Shown in pieces: positions 40,237 through 52,974 of a stretch of DNA of 64,000 nucleotides. The notes beneath the pieces were generated by a model, which saw nothing but the letters and a program-made list of their open reading frames with translations, had not been told where the DNA came from and searched no databases. Numbering within the stretch: position 1 is the stretch's first letter; the number at the start of each line of letters is the position of its first letter. Made by a program: the position numbers and the translations under genes. Source of the DNA: an uncultured Chloroflexia bacterium (GTDB taxonomy: Bacteria > Chloroflexota > Anaerolineae > JAAYZQ01); contig CAVOXA010000001.1 of assembly GCA_963700285.1 (NCBI GenBank), positions 864,001-928,000 of the forward strand. The letters run 5' to 3'.

Positions 40237-41466
40237 GTGCGCATTCTTTATTTGAGCCAGTACTTCCCACCCGAGGTGGGCGCCACTCAGACGCGTGCCT
40301 ACGAAATGGCGCGCTACCTGGTGTCGGTTGGGCACCAGGTGACGATGCTGACCGAGGTACCGAACCACCCTTCCGGCATTATCCCGCCCGAGTACAGGGG
40401 CAAAGCCTATGAGCGGGCCTCTTTGGATGGAATCGACGTCATCCGTGTATGGGTCAAGGCGTCGCCTGTGAAGACTCTTTCCACGCGGATGATGTTCTAC
40501 ATAACATACATGATCAATGCTGCGCTGGCGGGTTTGCTTCTGGCACGGGGGCGCTATGATGTTGTCTATGCCACGTCGCCGCCACTTTTTGTCGGGGGGG
40601 CAGCCCTCGCGCTCAGCTATCTGCGGCGGATCCCCCTCTTTTTTGAGGTGCGCGATCTGTGGCCCGAGTCGGCGGTGGTCCTGGGGGAAATATCAAGTTC
40701 CCGAGCAGCGGCACTGGCTGGCAAACTGGAAGAAATGTGCTATAATAGGGCGCGTTGCGTCGTGGTTGTCACTGAGGGCATCCGCCGCCGGCTGGAGGAG
40801 CGAGGGTTCGGCGCTAAGCTGGCGCTCATTCCTAATGGGGCCAACACAGAGCTGTTCCGTCCGGATCCAGAGGCGGGCGCGGCGCTGCGGTCGGAACTAG
40901 AGCTGGGTAGCAGGTTTTTGGTCATTTATGCGGGTATACACGGCGTGGCCCAGGGGTTGGAAACTGTTCTCGAGGCCGCACGAGTGCTGCAGGACGAGCC
41001 CGATATTCATTTCCTTTTTGTTGGAGAGGGCCCTCAAAAAGGCGATCTGCTGAACCAGCGGGACGCTCTGGGATTGGCCAATGTTACGATGTTGGCTGAG
41101 CAACCTCGGGACTCTATGCCGGCCTATATGTCTGCGGCTGAGGTGGCCCTGGTGCCTTTGCGGAGACTGGAACTCTTCCGGGGAGCGCTGCCGTCCAAGA
41201 TGTTTGATGCTTGGGCCTGTAGCTGCCCGGTTCTCTTGAGCATCGATGGCGAGGCGCGCCAAGTTCTGGAGCGGGCTGATGGCGGAGTCTTTGTCGAACC
41301 GGAAGATCCCGAACAGATGGCCCGGGCCCTGATGCAGCTCAAAGGCGACCCCGGACAGCTGCGTCAGTTTGGGAAGAACGGGCGGTGTTTCGTCGAGGAA
41401 CACTACTCTCGCGAGCGGTTGGCGACCCAATTGGAAGCATTGCTGCGGGCGGCAGTCCAAGGTTGA
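40237..41466 (+). CDS. glycosyltransferase family 4 protein (WbuB-like)
   Basis: SQYFPPEVGA, PNHPSG, TSPP, EVRDLWPES, IPNG, PSKMFD. Confidence 0.9.
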   Translation: MRILYLSQYFPPEVGATQTRAYEMARYLVSVGHQVTMLTEVPNHPSGIIPPEYRGKAYERASLDGIDVIRVWVKASPVKTLSTRMMFYITYMINAALAGLLLARGRYDVVYATSPPLFVGGAALALSYLRRIPLFFEVRDLWPESAVVLGEISSSRAAALAGKLEEMCYNRARCVVVVTEGIRRRLEERGFGAKLALIPNGANTELFRPDPEAGAALRSELELGSRFLVIYAGIHGVAQGLETVLEAARVLQDEPDIHFLFVGEGPQKGDLLNQRDALGLANVTMLAEQPRDSMPAYMSAAEVALVPLRRLELFRGALPSKMFDAWACSCPVLLSIDGEARQVLERADGGVFVEPEDPEQMARALMQLKGDPGQLRQFGKNGRCFVEEHYSRERLATQLEALLRAAVQG

Positions 41467-41481
41467 TGGAGGCTGGGAGGT

Positions 41482-42507
41482 ATGAAGATTCTCGTAACCG
41501 GCGGGGCTGGCTACATCGGATCCAATCTGGCGGCCGCCTTGATTGCGGGGGATCATGACGTCTTTGTCATCGATAACCTGTCCACTGGCAAGATCGCGAA
41601 TATCCAGCACCTGCTGGACCACGAGCGGTTCCATTTTGTCAATGATACGATCCTGAATGATGCACTGATTGATCGCATCGTTGCCCAGGTTGACCAGATC
41701 TATCACCTGGCAGCAGTAGTCGGTGTCAAGTATGTGCTCGATGACCCCTTGCATGGCATCTATACCAACGTCAAAGGCACAGAAGTCGTGTTGGAGAAGG
41801 CCTACAAGTATTGGCGGCGCACCGTCATTGCTTCCAGCTCTGAAGTCTATGGCAAGAGTGCGGCTGTGCCGCTTTGCGAGGATTCTGATCGACTGCTGGG
41901 AGCGACGACCGTGGCTCGATGGTCCTATGCCATGGCCAAGGCCATCGACGAGCATTTTGCCTTTGCCTATGCCGACAAGGGTCTGCCTGTCTCGGTGGTG
42001 CGCTATTTCAACTCCTACGGCCCGCGCTTGGATCCCAAGGGCTATGGCAGTGTCATCGCCAAGTTTGTCACCCAGGCCCGTCTTGGTCAGCCGATCACGG
42101 TCTTTGATGACGGCCAACAGACGCGCTGTTTTACGTACGTGGATGATACGGTGCGCGGCACCATCCTGGCAGGTACTGTCTCCGCTGCAGCGGGGAAGGT
42201 GTTCAACATCGGTTCCAGCCGGGAGATCAAAGTCGTGGACCTTGCACGGATGATCCGGGAGTTGGTAGCTTCAGACTCTGAAATCATTCTGCAGCCCTAT
42301 CGAAACGTGTTCGGCGAGAATTTTGAGGAGACGAGACGCCGGGTGCCCGATGTCCGGCAGGCTGAGGCAACGCTAGGTTTTCGCGCAGAGACCCCCCTCG
42401 AGGAAGGGTTAAAGAAAACAATCTCCTGGTTTCGGGACGCTTGGCCCCACGAGAGGTTAGACCCTGGATGCTCTAACCTGGCAGGTTTTTTTGATCTCAG
42501 CAAATGA
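41482..42507 (+). CDS. NAD-dependent epimerase/dehydratase (UDP-glucuronate decarboxylase-like)
   Basis: VTGGAGYIGS, YHLAAVVGV, ASSSEVYGK, RWSYAMAK, DGQQTRCF. Confidence 0.9.
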   Translation: MKILVTGGAGYIGSNLAAALIAGDHDVFVIDNLSTGKIANIQHLLDHERFHFVNDTILNDALIDRIVAQVDQIYHLAAVVGVKYVLDDPLHGIYTNVKGTEVVLEKAYKYWRRTVIASSSEVYGKSAAVPLCEDSDRLLGATTVARWSYAMAKAIDEHFAFAYADKGLPVSVVRYFNSYGPRLDPKGYGSVIAKFVTQARLGQPITVFDDGQQTRCFTYVDDTVRGTILAGTVSAAAGKVFNIGSSREIKVVDLARMIRELVASDSEIILQPYRNVFGENFEETRRRVPDVRQAEATLGFRAETPLEEGLKKTISWFRDAWPHERLDPGCSNLAGFFDLSK

Positions 42508-42580
42508 CATTGGAGAGTGGCAGCGTCTTGCTCGTTGTCTTGGGGCGTCCAACCCAAGGCAGGAGTAAGACCAGGCGCTG

Positions 42581-45500
42581 ATGCGAACGAGACTGAGCGT
42601 CTTCTGTGACAAGATCATTGAGGCAGGTTGGCTGGCGGCTGTGATCGTTGTGCCGCTCTTTTTCAACATCTATTCCCAACGTGTTTTTGAGCCGGACAAG
42701 CTCTCCCTGCTTGCGCTCCATTGCTCTTGTCATGAGTGTCGCTTGGGTGATCCGCGAGATCGAGGACTGGCGCGCCAACCAGGGCGAGGGGGATGGCCAG
42801 GGCCCCCGGGTTCCCTTTTGGCAGCGGGTAGGTGAGACCCCCCTGGTGTTGCCCACGCTTTTCCTGGTTCTTGTCTACCTGATTAGTACGGCGACCTCCG
42901 TGGTTCCGTGGGTCAGCTTCTGGGGTTCGTACCAGCGCTTGCAGGGCACCTATACCACGTTGTCGTACATCGTCATATTTTTCCTGGTCCTGCAGGGACT
43001 GCGGACCAAGAGACAGCTCAACCGGCTCATCACGGTCATGGTCCTGGTCAGCTTTCCGATTGCCCTCTATGCCTTGATCCAGCACTTTGGCCTGGATCCA
43101 TTGCCTTGGGGGGAAACGTCACCACTCGCGTCGCGGCCAACATGGGCAACGCCATCTTTGTGGCCGCCTATCTGATCATGGTTGTACCCTTGACTCTTTC
43201 GAGGTTGCTTCGAGAATTGGAAGGAGACTGTGGGGTACTTGGATACTCGGGATGGCGTTCTGGGACTGGTGGCCTTTGTCCTTCTGGCGGGCGCCCTGCT
43301 GGTGGGGATGCTCTGGCCTGTTGAGGGAGGCGGCCCCTGGTTGCGCTGGGCAGCCTTGCTGATCGGGATCGGCCTGCAGGCGCCGATCTATCTTCTTAGC
43401 CCGGAAGAGCGGCGCCCTCGCGTGCTGGCCATCTCCCTTCCCCTGACCTTTGCTTTCCTGGTTGGCTTTTCCTGGATTCTCGAGATCTTTTTTCCCCCGG
43501 CCAGTCCCAACTTTTTCTGGCTGGGCCTGCTGGCTTCGGTCATTTTTGTGCTGGCCATGTTCGCCTTTGCCTTCTATCTGCGACAGGCCTGTCTCTCGGC
43601 TGCTGCTCTTGGCTGGCTATTCTGTGATCCTCATTGCCCAGATCGTTGCCATCTTTTACACGCAGAGCCGAGGCCCACTGCTAGGTCTTCTGGCTGGCCT
43701 GTTCTTTTACCTGGCCCTGTTGGGCTTGGTCAAGCGGACGTGTATGGCTTCCATGGCTGATGAGCGCTCTGGCTGTTGTGGTGCTTGTCTTCCTGGTGAT
43801 GTTCAACACCGTCGAATCTCCGGTCATGGAGATCCTGCGCGAAGTGCCCTACGTTGGGCGTCTGGGCAAGGTCCTGCAGACCGAGACCGGAACCGGCAAG
43901 GTCCGTGTACTGATCTGGGAGGGTGCCGTCGAAATGATCGGCTGGCACACCCCTCTGGAGTACCGTGGGGGAGGAAGGCGGTCCAGATCCCTTCAATCTG
44001 CTGCGCCCTATCATCGGCTACGGCCCTGAGTCGATGTACGTGGCCTACAACCGTTTCTATCCGCCTGACCTGGCTCACTTTGAGAGGCGCAACGCCTCTC
44101 CTGACCGGTCGCACAACGAGACCTTTGACGCGCTGGTCATTACCGGGGCATTGGGCTTTGTCGTCTATATGCTGGCTATTCATCAGCGTGTTCTACTATG
44201 GCCTCAAGTGGCTGGGGCTGATCCGGGAACGCTGGCAGCATCTAGGTTTCGTGGGGTTGTTGGTTGGGGGAGCCATCGCTGGGGGCTACTGGCCTGGACC
44301 TGGCGCGGTCCACCCTACGTGGGCCTGGGCATTGCCGCTAGGTACGGTCGGCGGGTTGGCCGTCTATGTCTTTATTGTCCTCGTCATCGCGACACTCGGT
44401 CCGCGGGGGAAACAAGATCGGTTGCAAGCGCCTTTGAGTGGAGCCTCTACCTTGGGAATGCTCGCATTGTTGTCGGCAGTACTCGCGCATTTCGTCGAGA
44501 TCAACTTTGGGATCGCCATCGCCGCGACCCGTACCTATTTCTGGGTCTTTGCGGCCTCGATGGTCGTCATCGGGACGCGCCTGGCAGTGGAGCCCGCGAC
44601 CCAAAAAGATGTGGAAAAGGCGACGGCAACTATTTCTGAGCTTTCTGGTCAGGTCAGCGAGCATTCCACGCAACGGGATCAGCGGGAGCGCCGGCGGCGC
44701 AAGGGAGCTGATCCCGAGCGGCAGGCACCGCGAGCAGGCAATCCAGACTGGCTCGGCGAGATCCTGGTACTGGGTGTGGTTTCCATTCTGATCCTCGGCA
44801 CGATGATCTTTGACTATGTCACGGTTCAGGCCGGGAATCCGGGGACGCTGGTCACCATCTGGGACTCTCTTACGCGGGCCGCGGGAGAATCATCGCCTGC
44901 CATCCTGGTGTTAATGCTCGTCACTTGGGCCATGATCGCCCTGATTGGCCTGAGCGAGCTGGCCACACGGCCAGAGTCGGAAGGCAGAAAGCCGGCTGCT
45001 TGGCTGGCTGCGGCAGGTATCCTGGGCTTCGTCTCCCTTGGATGCGTGTTCATCTTTGCCCTATTGCACGCGCTGCAACTCAAGCCGGTGACCATCACGG
45101 CTATTGATGAGCCCAACCCTTTGGCCAATACCATCACCTTCTACTACTTCTTTGTGATGCTGGCGATCCTGGCTCTCGCTTTGGTGCTCACCAGCCTTTT
45201 CCAGCGTCGAATCAGAGCGTGGCGTTGGACCCGGTCGCCTGGGGATGTGGCTGTCATCGCCACAGCTGTGGCGCTGCCCCTGCTGGTTGTGGCTCTGATT
45301 TTGACTACCAACGTCAATGTTGTCCGCGCTGATGTCCTGCACAAGCAGGGACTAAGCTCCGAAAGGGCCAAGTTGTGGGACGGGGCGATCTTTTTTTACG
45401 ATCAGTCCCTCGCCCTGGCCGAGAAGCAAGATCACTACTATCTTTTTCTGGGCAAAGCGTACATGGAAAAGGGCCAAGCCGCCCAGGGGGCAGAGCAGCA

Positions 45501-47205
45501 GGCATTGCTGCAGGAGAGCGAGCGTGCCCTGCTCAAGGCGCGTGAGATAGCTCCTCTCAATACCGATCACTCGGCCAACCTGGCCAGATTACATAGCGCC
45601 TGGGCGCGGTTGACCCAGGGCGAGGAGCGAGCTGACCATCTCAGCAAGGCTGTTGGCTACTACGCCGATGCCACCAGGCTTAGTCCAAATAGCGCCCAGC
45701 TCTTTAACGAATGGGCGCAAACCTACCATGTTCTGGGGGATCTGGACCGGGCTGAAGAGATATACGGCAGATCCTTGATCCTGGACGATGAGTTTGAGAA
45801 AACCTACGTGTATTTGGCCGACCTATACGAGGCGCAGGGGAAAGAAGACGAGGCCATCAATGCCTATGAGCGAGCCATAGAAATCAAACCAGAGTCGCTG
45901 CAGGCCTATCTGCTTTTGGCTCAATTATATATAAAGTCAGAAATGTGGAACGAGGCGGCGCAGATTTACCAGCGTGCCATCGAAGTCAATCCCGGGGCAG
46001 CGGATGCCTACAGTGGACTGGGCTATGTCTATTCTCAGGTGGGAGACCTGGAGCCGGCGCTGGCAGCCTATCTGGCTGCTGTGGAACTCCGTCCCAGGAG
46101 TTTCAACGAGCGGAAGAACCTGGCCATTCTCTATCAACAGATGGGGCGGACGGACGATGCTGTCCGCGAAGGGACTCGAGCCCTGGACCTGGCACCTGCC
46201 GATCAAATACCCGCCATAGAGGGTTTTCTAGCCCAACTGGGAGCCCTGAATTTCAAGGCTTCAGCAGAGGACAGCAAAGAGGTCCAGCAGCTCATTGCGC
46301 AGGGCAGTATCCAGATGGGCGCCGAAGATTGGGACTCCGCCGAAGAGACTTTTGAGGCGGTTTTGGATCTTGCCCCAGATAGCTCCTATGGTCATAGCGC
46401 GCTGGCATACGTATATGCCAAGCAGGGCCGGCTGGATGAGGCAATCGCTGAGAACGAGGTGGTCGCCGGGCTCATGCCTGACGACTACAATAGCTTCAAG
46501 AATTTGGCACTTCTCTACGAACAGAGAGGGGATGTGGAGAGCGCGATTGGGGCAACCGAAAGGGCACTGCTGCTCGCCCCGGAAAACGAAGTGCAGGCCC
46601 TCCAGATCTTTTTGCAGCAGCTCAGACAGCAGAAAAGTCCACTGCCAGCAAGGGAGGAGGATCGACGTGCTGGCGATATGCTGCCGGTTGAGCGTAATTT
46701 CATGTATGCTTCACCGCCGCCGGTGATCATCGAGCCCAACAAATCGTACCAGGCAACCATTGTGACTGAAAAGGGCGACATCGTGCTGGAACTGTATGCC
46801 AGCCGGGTGCCTAAGACCGTCAACAACTTTGTCTTTCTGGCCCGCGAGGGATTCTACGATGGCACAACCTTTCACCGGGTCATTCCTGGCTTTATGGCCC
46901 AGGCGGGTGACCCGACGGGAACCGGCACAGGGGGACCTGGGTACGCCTTTGCCGACGAGTTTGATGCTACGCTGCGCCACGATGGGCCGGGTGTGGTCTC
47001 GATGGCCAATGCCGGTCCTGACACCAATGGTAGCCAGTTCTTTGTTACCTTTGCGGATGCACCATGGCTGGACGATATACACGCGGTGTTTGGGCGGGTG
47101 ATCGAAGGCCTGGACGTGCTGGAATCCTTGACCCCGCGCGATCCCCAGCAGAACCCTGCTTTCGCGGGCGACAGGATCAGGACGATCATTATTCAGGAGG
47201 AGTAA
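42581..47205 (+). CDS. large O-antigen-ligase-like membrane protein fused to a TPR array and a C-terminal cyclophilin-type PPIase (several frameshifts in the 5' part)
   Basis: [55 protein letters not shown]; many TPRs; uninterrupted into [48 protein letters not shown]...[15 protein letters not shown]. Confidence 0.85.
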
Positions 47206-47346
47206 CGATCTGGTCTATTCTCTGTTTGGTGCGCAAAGCTGTCCTCTTTTTCCGCCAGGGCGGTCGCTACGTATCATCTCCGTCCAAGGCCGCATCGGAA
47301 GGATGGCGAGTCTGGCTGTGACACAGGGGAATGGCCGGGAAAGATC

Positions 47347-48393
47347 ATGACCACCACTTTCATGCTTATCTTTGCCAGCGCGCTGGTGTTGGCCATCGGC
47401 GGTACGCCGGTGGTCCGCCGGGTCGCGCTGCGCCTGGGTGTCATCGACCGAGCCCAATGCGCGCAAAATCCACGTCGATCCCATCCCTCTGCTGGGTGGG
47501 GTGGCCATCTATGGCGCTCTTTATCGCGCTACTGCTATTTGGCAACCGATTTCGTCTGAACGAATTGATCGGCATCCTGGTCGGCGCCAGCCTGATGTCG
47601 TTCCTGGGCGTGTGGGATGACCGGCGCAGTCTGAGCCCGCTCCTCAAGCTGGCTGGGCAGTTCCTGGCGGCCTCGATCCTGGTGCTCACCGGGGTGCGCA
47701 TCGGCACCTTCCCCTGGGAGACCGTGAACATCATCGTCACCCTGGGCTGGGTGGTGGTCATCACCAACGCCATGAACCTGCTGGACAATATGGATGGCCT
47801 GTCGGGCGGCGTCGGTGCCGTGGCCGCCATCTTTTTCCTGCTGCTGGCAGCCATGAACGGCCAGTACCTGGTCGGCGCGCTGTCGGCCGCACTGGTGGGC
47901 GCTTGCCTGGGTTTTCTGGTCTACAACTTTAATCCGGCCAGCATCTTTATGGGCGACGCCGGCAGCCTGTTTCTGGGATTCATGCTGGCTGCGGTGGGCA
48001 TCAAGCTCCGCTTTCCGGAGGGCGTCGAGATCGTGACCTGGATGGTGCCGGTTCTGATCCTGGGCTTGCCCCTGTTCGATACCACACTGGTGATCCTCTC
48101 CCGCCTGCGGCGCGGCCTGAACCCCCTGACCACGCCGGGCAAGGACCACGTCTCGCACCGGCTGGTGGCCATGGGCTACACCCGCCGCGAGGCGGTGCTC
48201 ATCTGCTATCTCATCTGTGCCGGCCTGGGCGTGATCGCCCTCTTTGTCACCCAGGCCAGCATCGTCGAAGGCTATGTCGTCGGTGGCGTCGTGGCCCTGG
48301 CTGCCCTGTGGGGTCTGTGGCGACTGGAGCGAGTGGACTTCCCGGGCAAGGAGGTGCGAGGCAACTTTCTGAACGGGAGAAAGGTCACACTGA
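47347..48393 (+). CDS. second MraY-family (WecA/TagO-like) glycosyl-1-phosphate transferase, frameshifted; 3' end approximate
   Basis: [40 protein letters not shown]. Confidence 0.88.
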
Positions 48394-48396
48394 TGG

Positions 48397-49750
48397 ATGA
48401 CACTGGCCACCAAAATCGCCGAGAAATCGGCCCGGGTGGCCGTCATCGGCCTGGGCTACGTGGGCCTGCCGCTGGCCGTCGGCTTTGCCAAGGCCGGGTA
48501 TCCGGTCGTTGGGCCTGGATGTGGACGAGCGCAAGCTGGCCGCCCTGAACGAGGGTACGCAGCTACATCCAGGACGTGGAGACCGCCGACGTGGCGGCCG
48601 TGGTCCACGCCGGCCGGTTCTCTGCCAGCAACGACTATGACCTGCTGCGCGACGCCGACGCCATCTTTATCTGCGTGCCGACGCCCTTCGACGCCATGAA
48701 GGCGCCCGACCTGGTCTTATGTCGAGCAGGCGGCGCGGGGCATCGCCCCCCGCTTGCAGCCCGGCCAGTTGATCATCCTGCAGAGCACCACCTATCCCGG
48801 CACGACCGAGGAGTTTGTGCTGCCCATCCTCGAGGAATCGGGCTTGCAGGCGGGCGAGGACTTTTACCTGGCCTTCTCGCCAGAGCGGATCAACCCCGGC
48901 GACCAGCAGTTCACCGTCGAGAACACGCCCAAGGTCGTGGGCGGCCTGACGCCGCGCTGCACCGAGCTGGCCCGTCTTCTGCTGGCCCAACTCTTTGCCC
49001 ACGTCCACGTCGTCTCCTCGCCCGCGCGCCGCCGAGATGTCCAAGCTGCTGGAGAACATCTTTCGCAGCGTCAACATTGCCCTGGTCAACGAGCTGGCCC
49101 TGCTCTCCGAGCGGATGGACATCGACCTGTGGGAGGTGATCGAGGCGGCCAAGACCAAGCCCTTTGGCTTCATGCCCTTCTACCCGGGTCCTGGCGTGGG
49201 CGGCCACTGCATCCCCGTGGATCCCTACTATCTGAGCTGGAAGGCCCGCGAGTACGACTTTTATACCAAGTTCATCGAGCTGGCCGCCGAGGTGAACCAG
49301 GCCATGCCCTACCACGTCGTCGACCTGGTGGCCCAGGCGCTGAGCCAGCAGGGCAAACCGCTGGATGGAGCGCGGGTGCTGATCCTGGGCGTGGCCTTCA
49401 AGCGCGACATCGACGATGCCCGCAACTCGCCGGCGGAGCGGATCATCGAGCTGCTGCTCAAGCGCGGGGCCGAGGTCAGCTACAGCGACCCCTACGTGCC
49501 GCGCTATCGCGTCGGCCGGGACGTCTTTTACCGCGGAGGAGCGCTGGCTGGAGAGCGTGGATCTGACGGACGAGGTTCTCGTGGCCTGCCGACTGCGTCG
49601 TCATCGTCGCCGGGCACCAGGTCATGGACTATGCCCGGGTGCTCCGCCACGCCTCCGTGGTCGTGGACACGTGCAACGCCACCACGGGGCCTGGGCGGCG
49701 CCGCGCGTGTGGTCCGCGTCGGCGCTCCCTTGCCAGAACGCACGAACTGA
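48397..49750 (+). CDS. nucleotide sugar dehydrogenase (UDP-GlcNAc/ManNAc 6-dehydrogenase family), frameshifted
   Basis: [70 protein letters not shown]. Confidence 0.9.
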
Positions 49751-50338
49751 TGACCGAAACCCAGCCGCCCGAATCCTCACCCAAGACCTCATCCTTCTGG
49801 ACGGCGACAGTTCTTTCGCGTCCTGGTCATCCTCGCTGGTGCTGGGTATCAGCGTCGCCATTTTTGCCTTCCGCGACCGCTTTGCCGAACTGGCAGCCAT
49901 CGGCTATCCGGGCATCTTTCTGGTGAGCCTGCTGGGCAACGCCACCATCATCCTGCCTGCACCCAGCCTGGCTCTTGGTCTTTGCCATGGGCAGCGCCCT
50001 GCCGCCGCTGCTGGTCGGCCTGGCGGCCGGCGTCGGCGAGGCACTGGGCGAACTGACCGGCTACGCTGCAGGCTTTGGCGGGCGGGCCGTCATCGAGGAC
50101 TATCAAGATGTACCAGCGCCTGGTGGCCTGGATGGAGCGGCGGGGGGGCATCACGATCTTCGTGCTGTCCGTGATCCCCAACCCCTTCTTTGACCTGGCC
50201 GGCATCGCTGCCGGGACGCTGCGCTATCCCCTGTGGCGGTTTCTGCTCTTCTGCTGGCTGGGCAAGACGCTCAAGACGACGCTGGTGGCCTGGGCCGGCG
50301 CCAGTCCGTGTTCCCTCATCGAACAGTTGCTCCACTGA
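49750..50338 (+). CDS. VTT/DedA domain membrane protein, frameshifted
   Basis: GYPGIFLVSLLGNATIILPAP, LGELTGYAAG, VIPNPFFDLAGIAAG. Confidence 0.8.
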
Positions 50339-50428
50339 GCCTGGCCCGTCATCGAGTCAGCCTTTGCCTCCTGGGCAGACCTGATCCATGGACCCCGGAA
50401 GCCCCGCGGGGTCTGTGACGCTTTCGAC

Positions 50429-51144
50429 CTAGATTTCGACGGTCTCCAGGGGACGCGTGGTGCCGACCAGCGATGCCCAGCTCCGCCTTGTGGATCGCCT
50501 GCGACAGCTTGCGCGGCGTGCCTCCGAAGGTCATCAGCGGCCCGAGCGTCATGCCGCTGTAGTGGGTCGGCACGACGACGCGCGGCTCGCCCAGGAGCCA
50601 GAGCGCCTGTGGCGCCTTTTGCGGGCCAATGTGGCCGAAGGGCATGCCCAGCGCTGTGCAGGTCGCCAATGGGCAGCAGCACGGCGTCCAGGTCCCAGCG
50701 CTGGCCAATCGTGCGAAAGAGGTTCGCGGTCCAGGGAGGTATCGCCGGCAAAATAGACGGTCCGGTCGCCCTCGACGACCAGGCCCAGCTCGCCGCCGGT
50801 GTGTTTGGCCGGCACGGCCGTCAGGCGAAGCCCTCTGAACTCGGCCGATTCCCAGGCCTCGCACGCCACGCAGCGCCTTCAAGCCCCAGCCGGGAGCCTT
50901 GTGCACCTTCTCGGCAGGCATCCACACCGGGGTGTCGGGCGGCAGCCGCTTCAGGACTGACGGCGCAAAGTGATCGACGTGGGTGTGGGAGATGAATACC
51001 AGGTCAGGCCGGGGCATCCGTTCGAAGGTGTAGGACTTGGGCGCCTGGTGGATGCCCAGCATACGAAAGACCGGGTCGGTGATGATCGTCAAGCCCCTGC
51101 GTCTCGATGATGGTCATCGACCAGCGGATGTAGGTCAGTTTCAT
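50429..51144 (-). CDS. MBL-fold metallo-hydrolase, frameshifted
   Basis: [36 protein letters not shown]. Confidence 0.8.
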
Positions 51145-51224
51145 AACTTTTCCTCCCCAGGAAGGACAGAAGATCCGAGCGATTCGGGTGGGCCTTGACC
51201 CACAGTTCCTGCCTGTCCGCCGTC

Positions 51225-52622
<1,398 letters not shown>

Positions 52623-52852
52623 TCACCTGCAAGAGTTGAGCAGCTCCACCGAGGCGGGGCCACTGCGGCATTATACTACAGGGTGGACGAAAACCGAAAG
52701 TGCCGGCCAGTCGCTGGATGCTGGTGCGTGTGCTGTGTCTTCTACAACCTACGTCGCCTCCACCTGGCCGCTGGCCCCAGCCTCACCTGAGTTTGACCGA
52801 ACCACTGCCCTCTATCTGGTGGTGCCACTCCCTGGTCGGTGCTGGTGGGCAA

Positions 52853-52874
52853 ATACACCAAGTTGGTGTATACT
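52853..52874 (+). promoter_or_regulatory. perfect palindromic operator overlapping a -10 box
   Basis: ATACACCAA-G-TTGGTGTAT, with TATACT at 52869-52874. Confidence 0.55.
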
Positions 52875-52974
52875 ACAGATGTAGCACGAGAAAAGGTCCA
52901 TGTTGATTTGCTGCCCTTTTTTGAGACTGGAGGTTCTTCCTCTCCACCAAGGGCGGATGCGAGGGTAACGAAAG

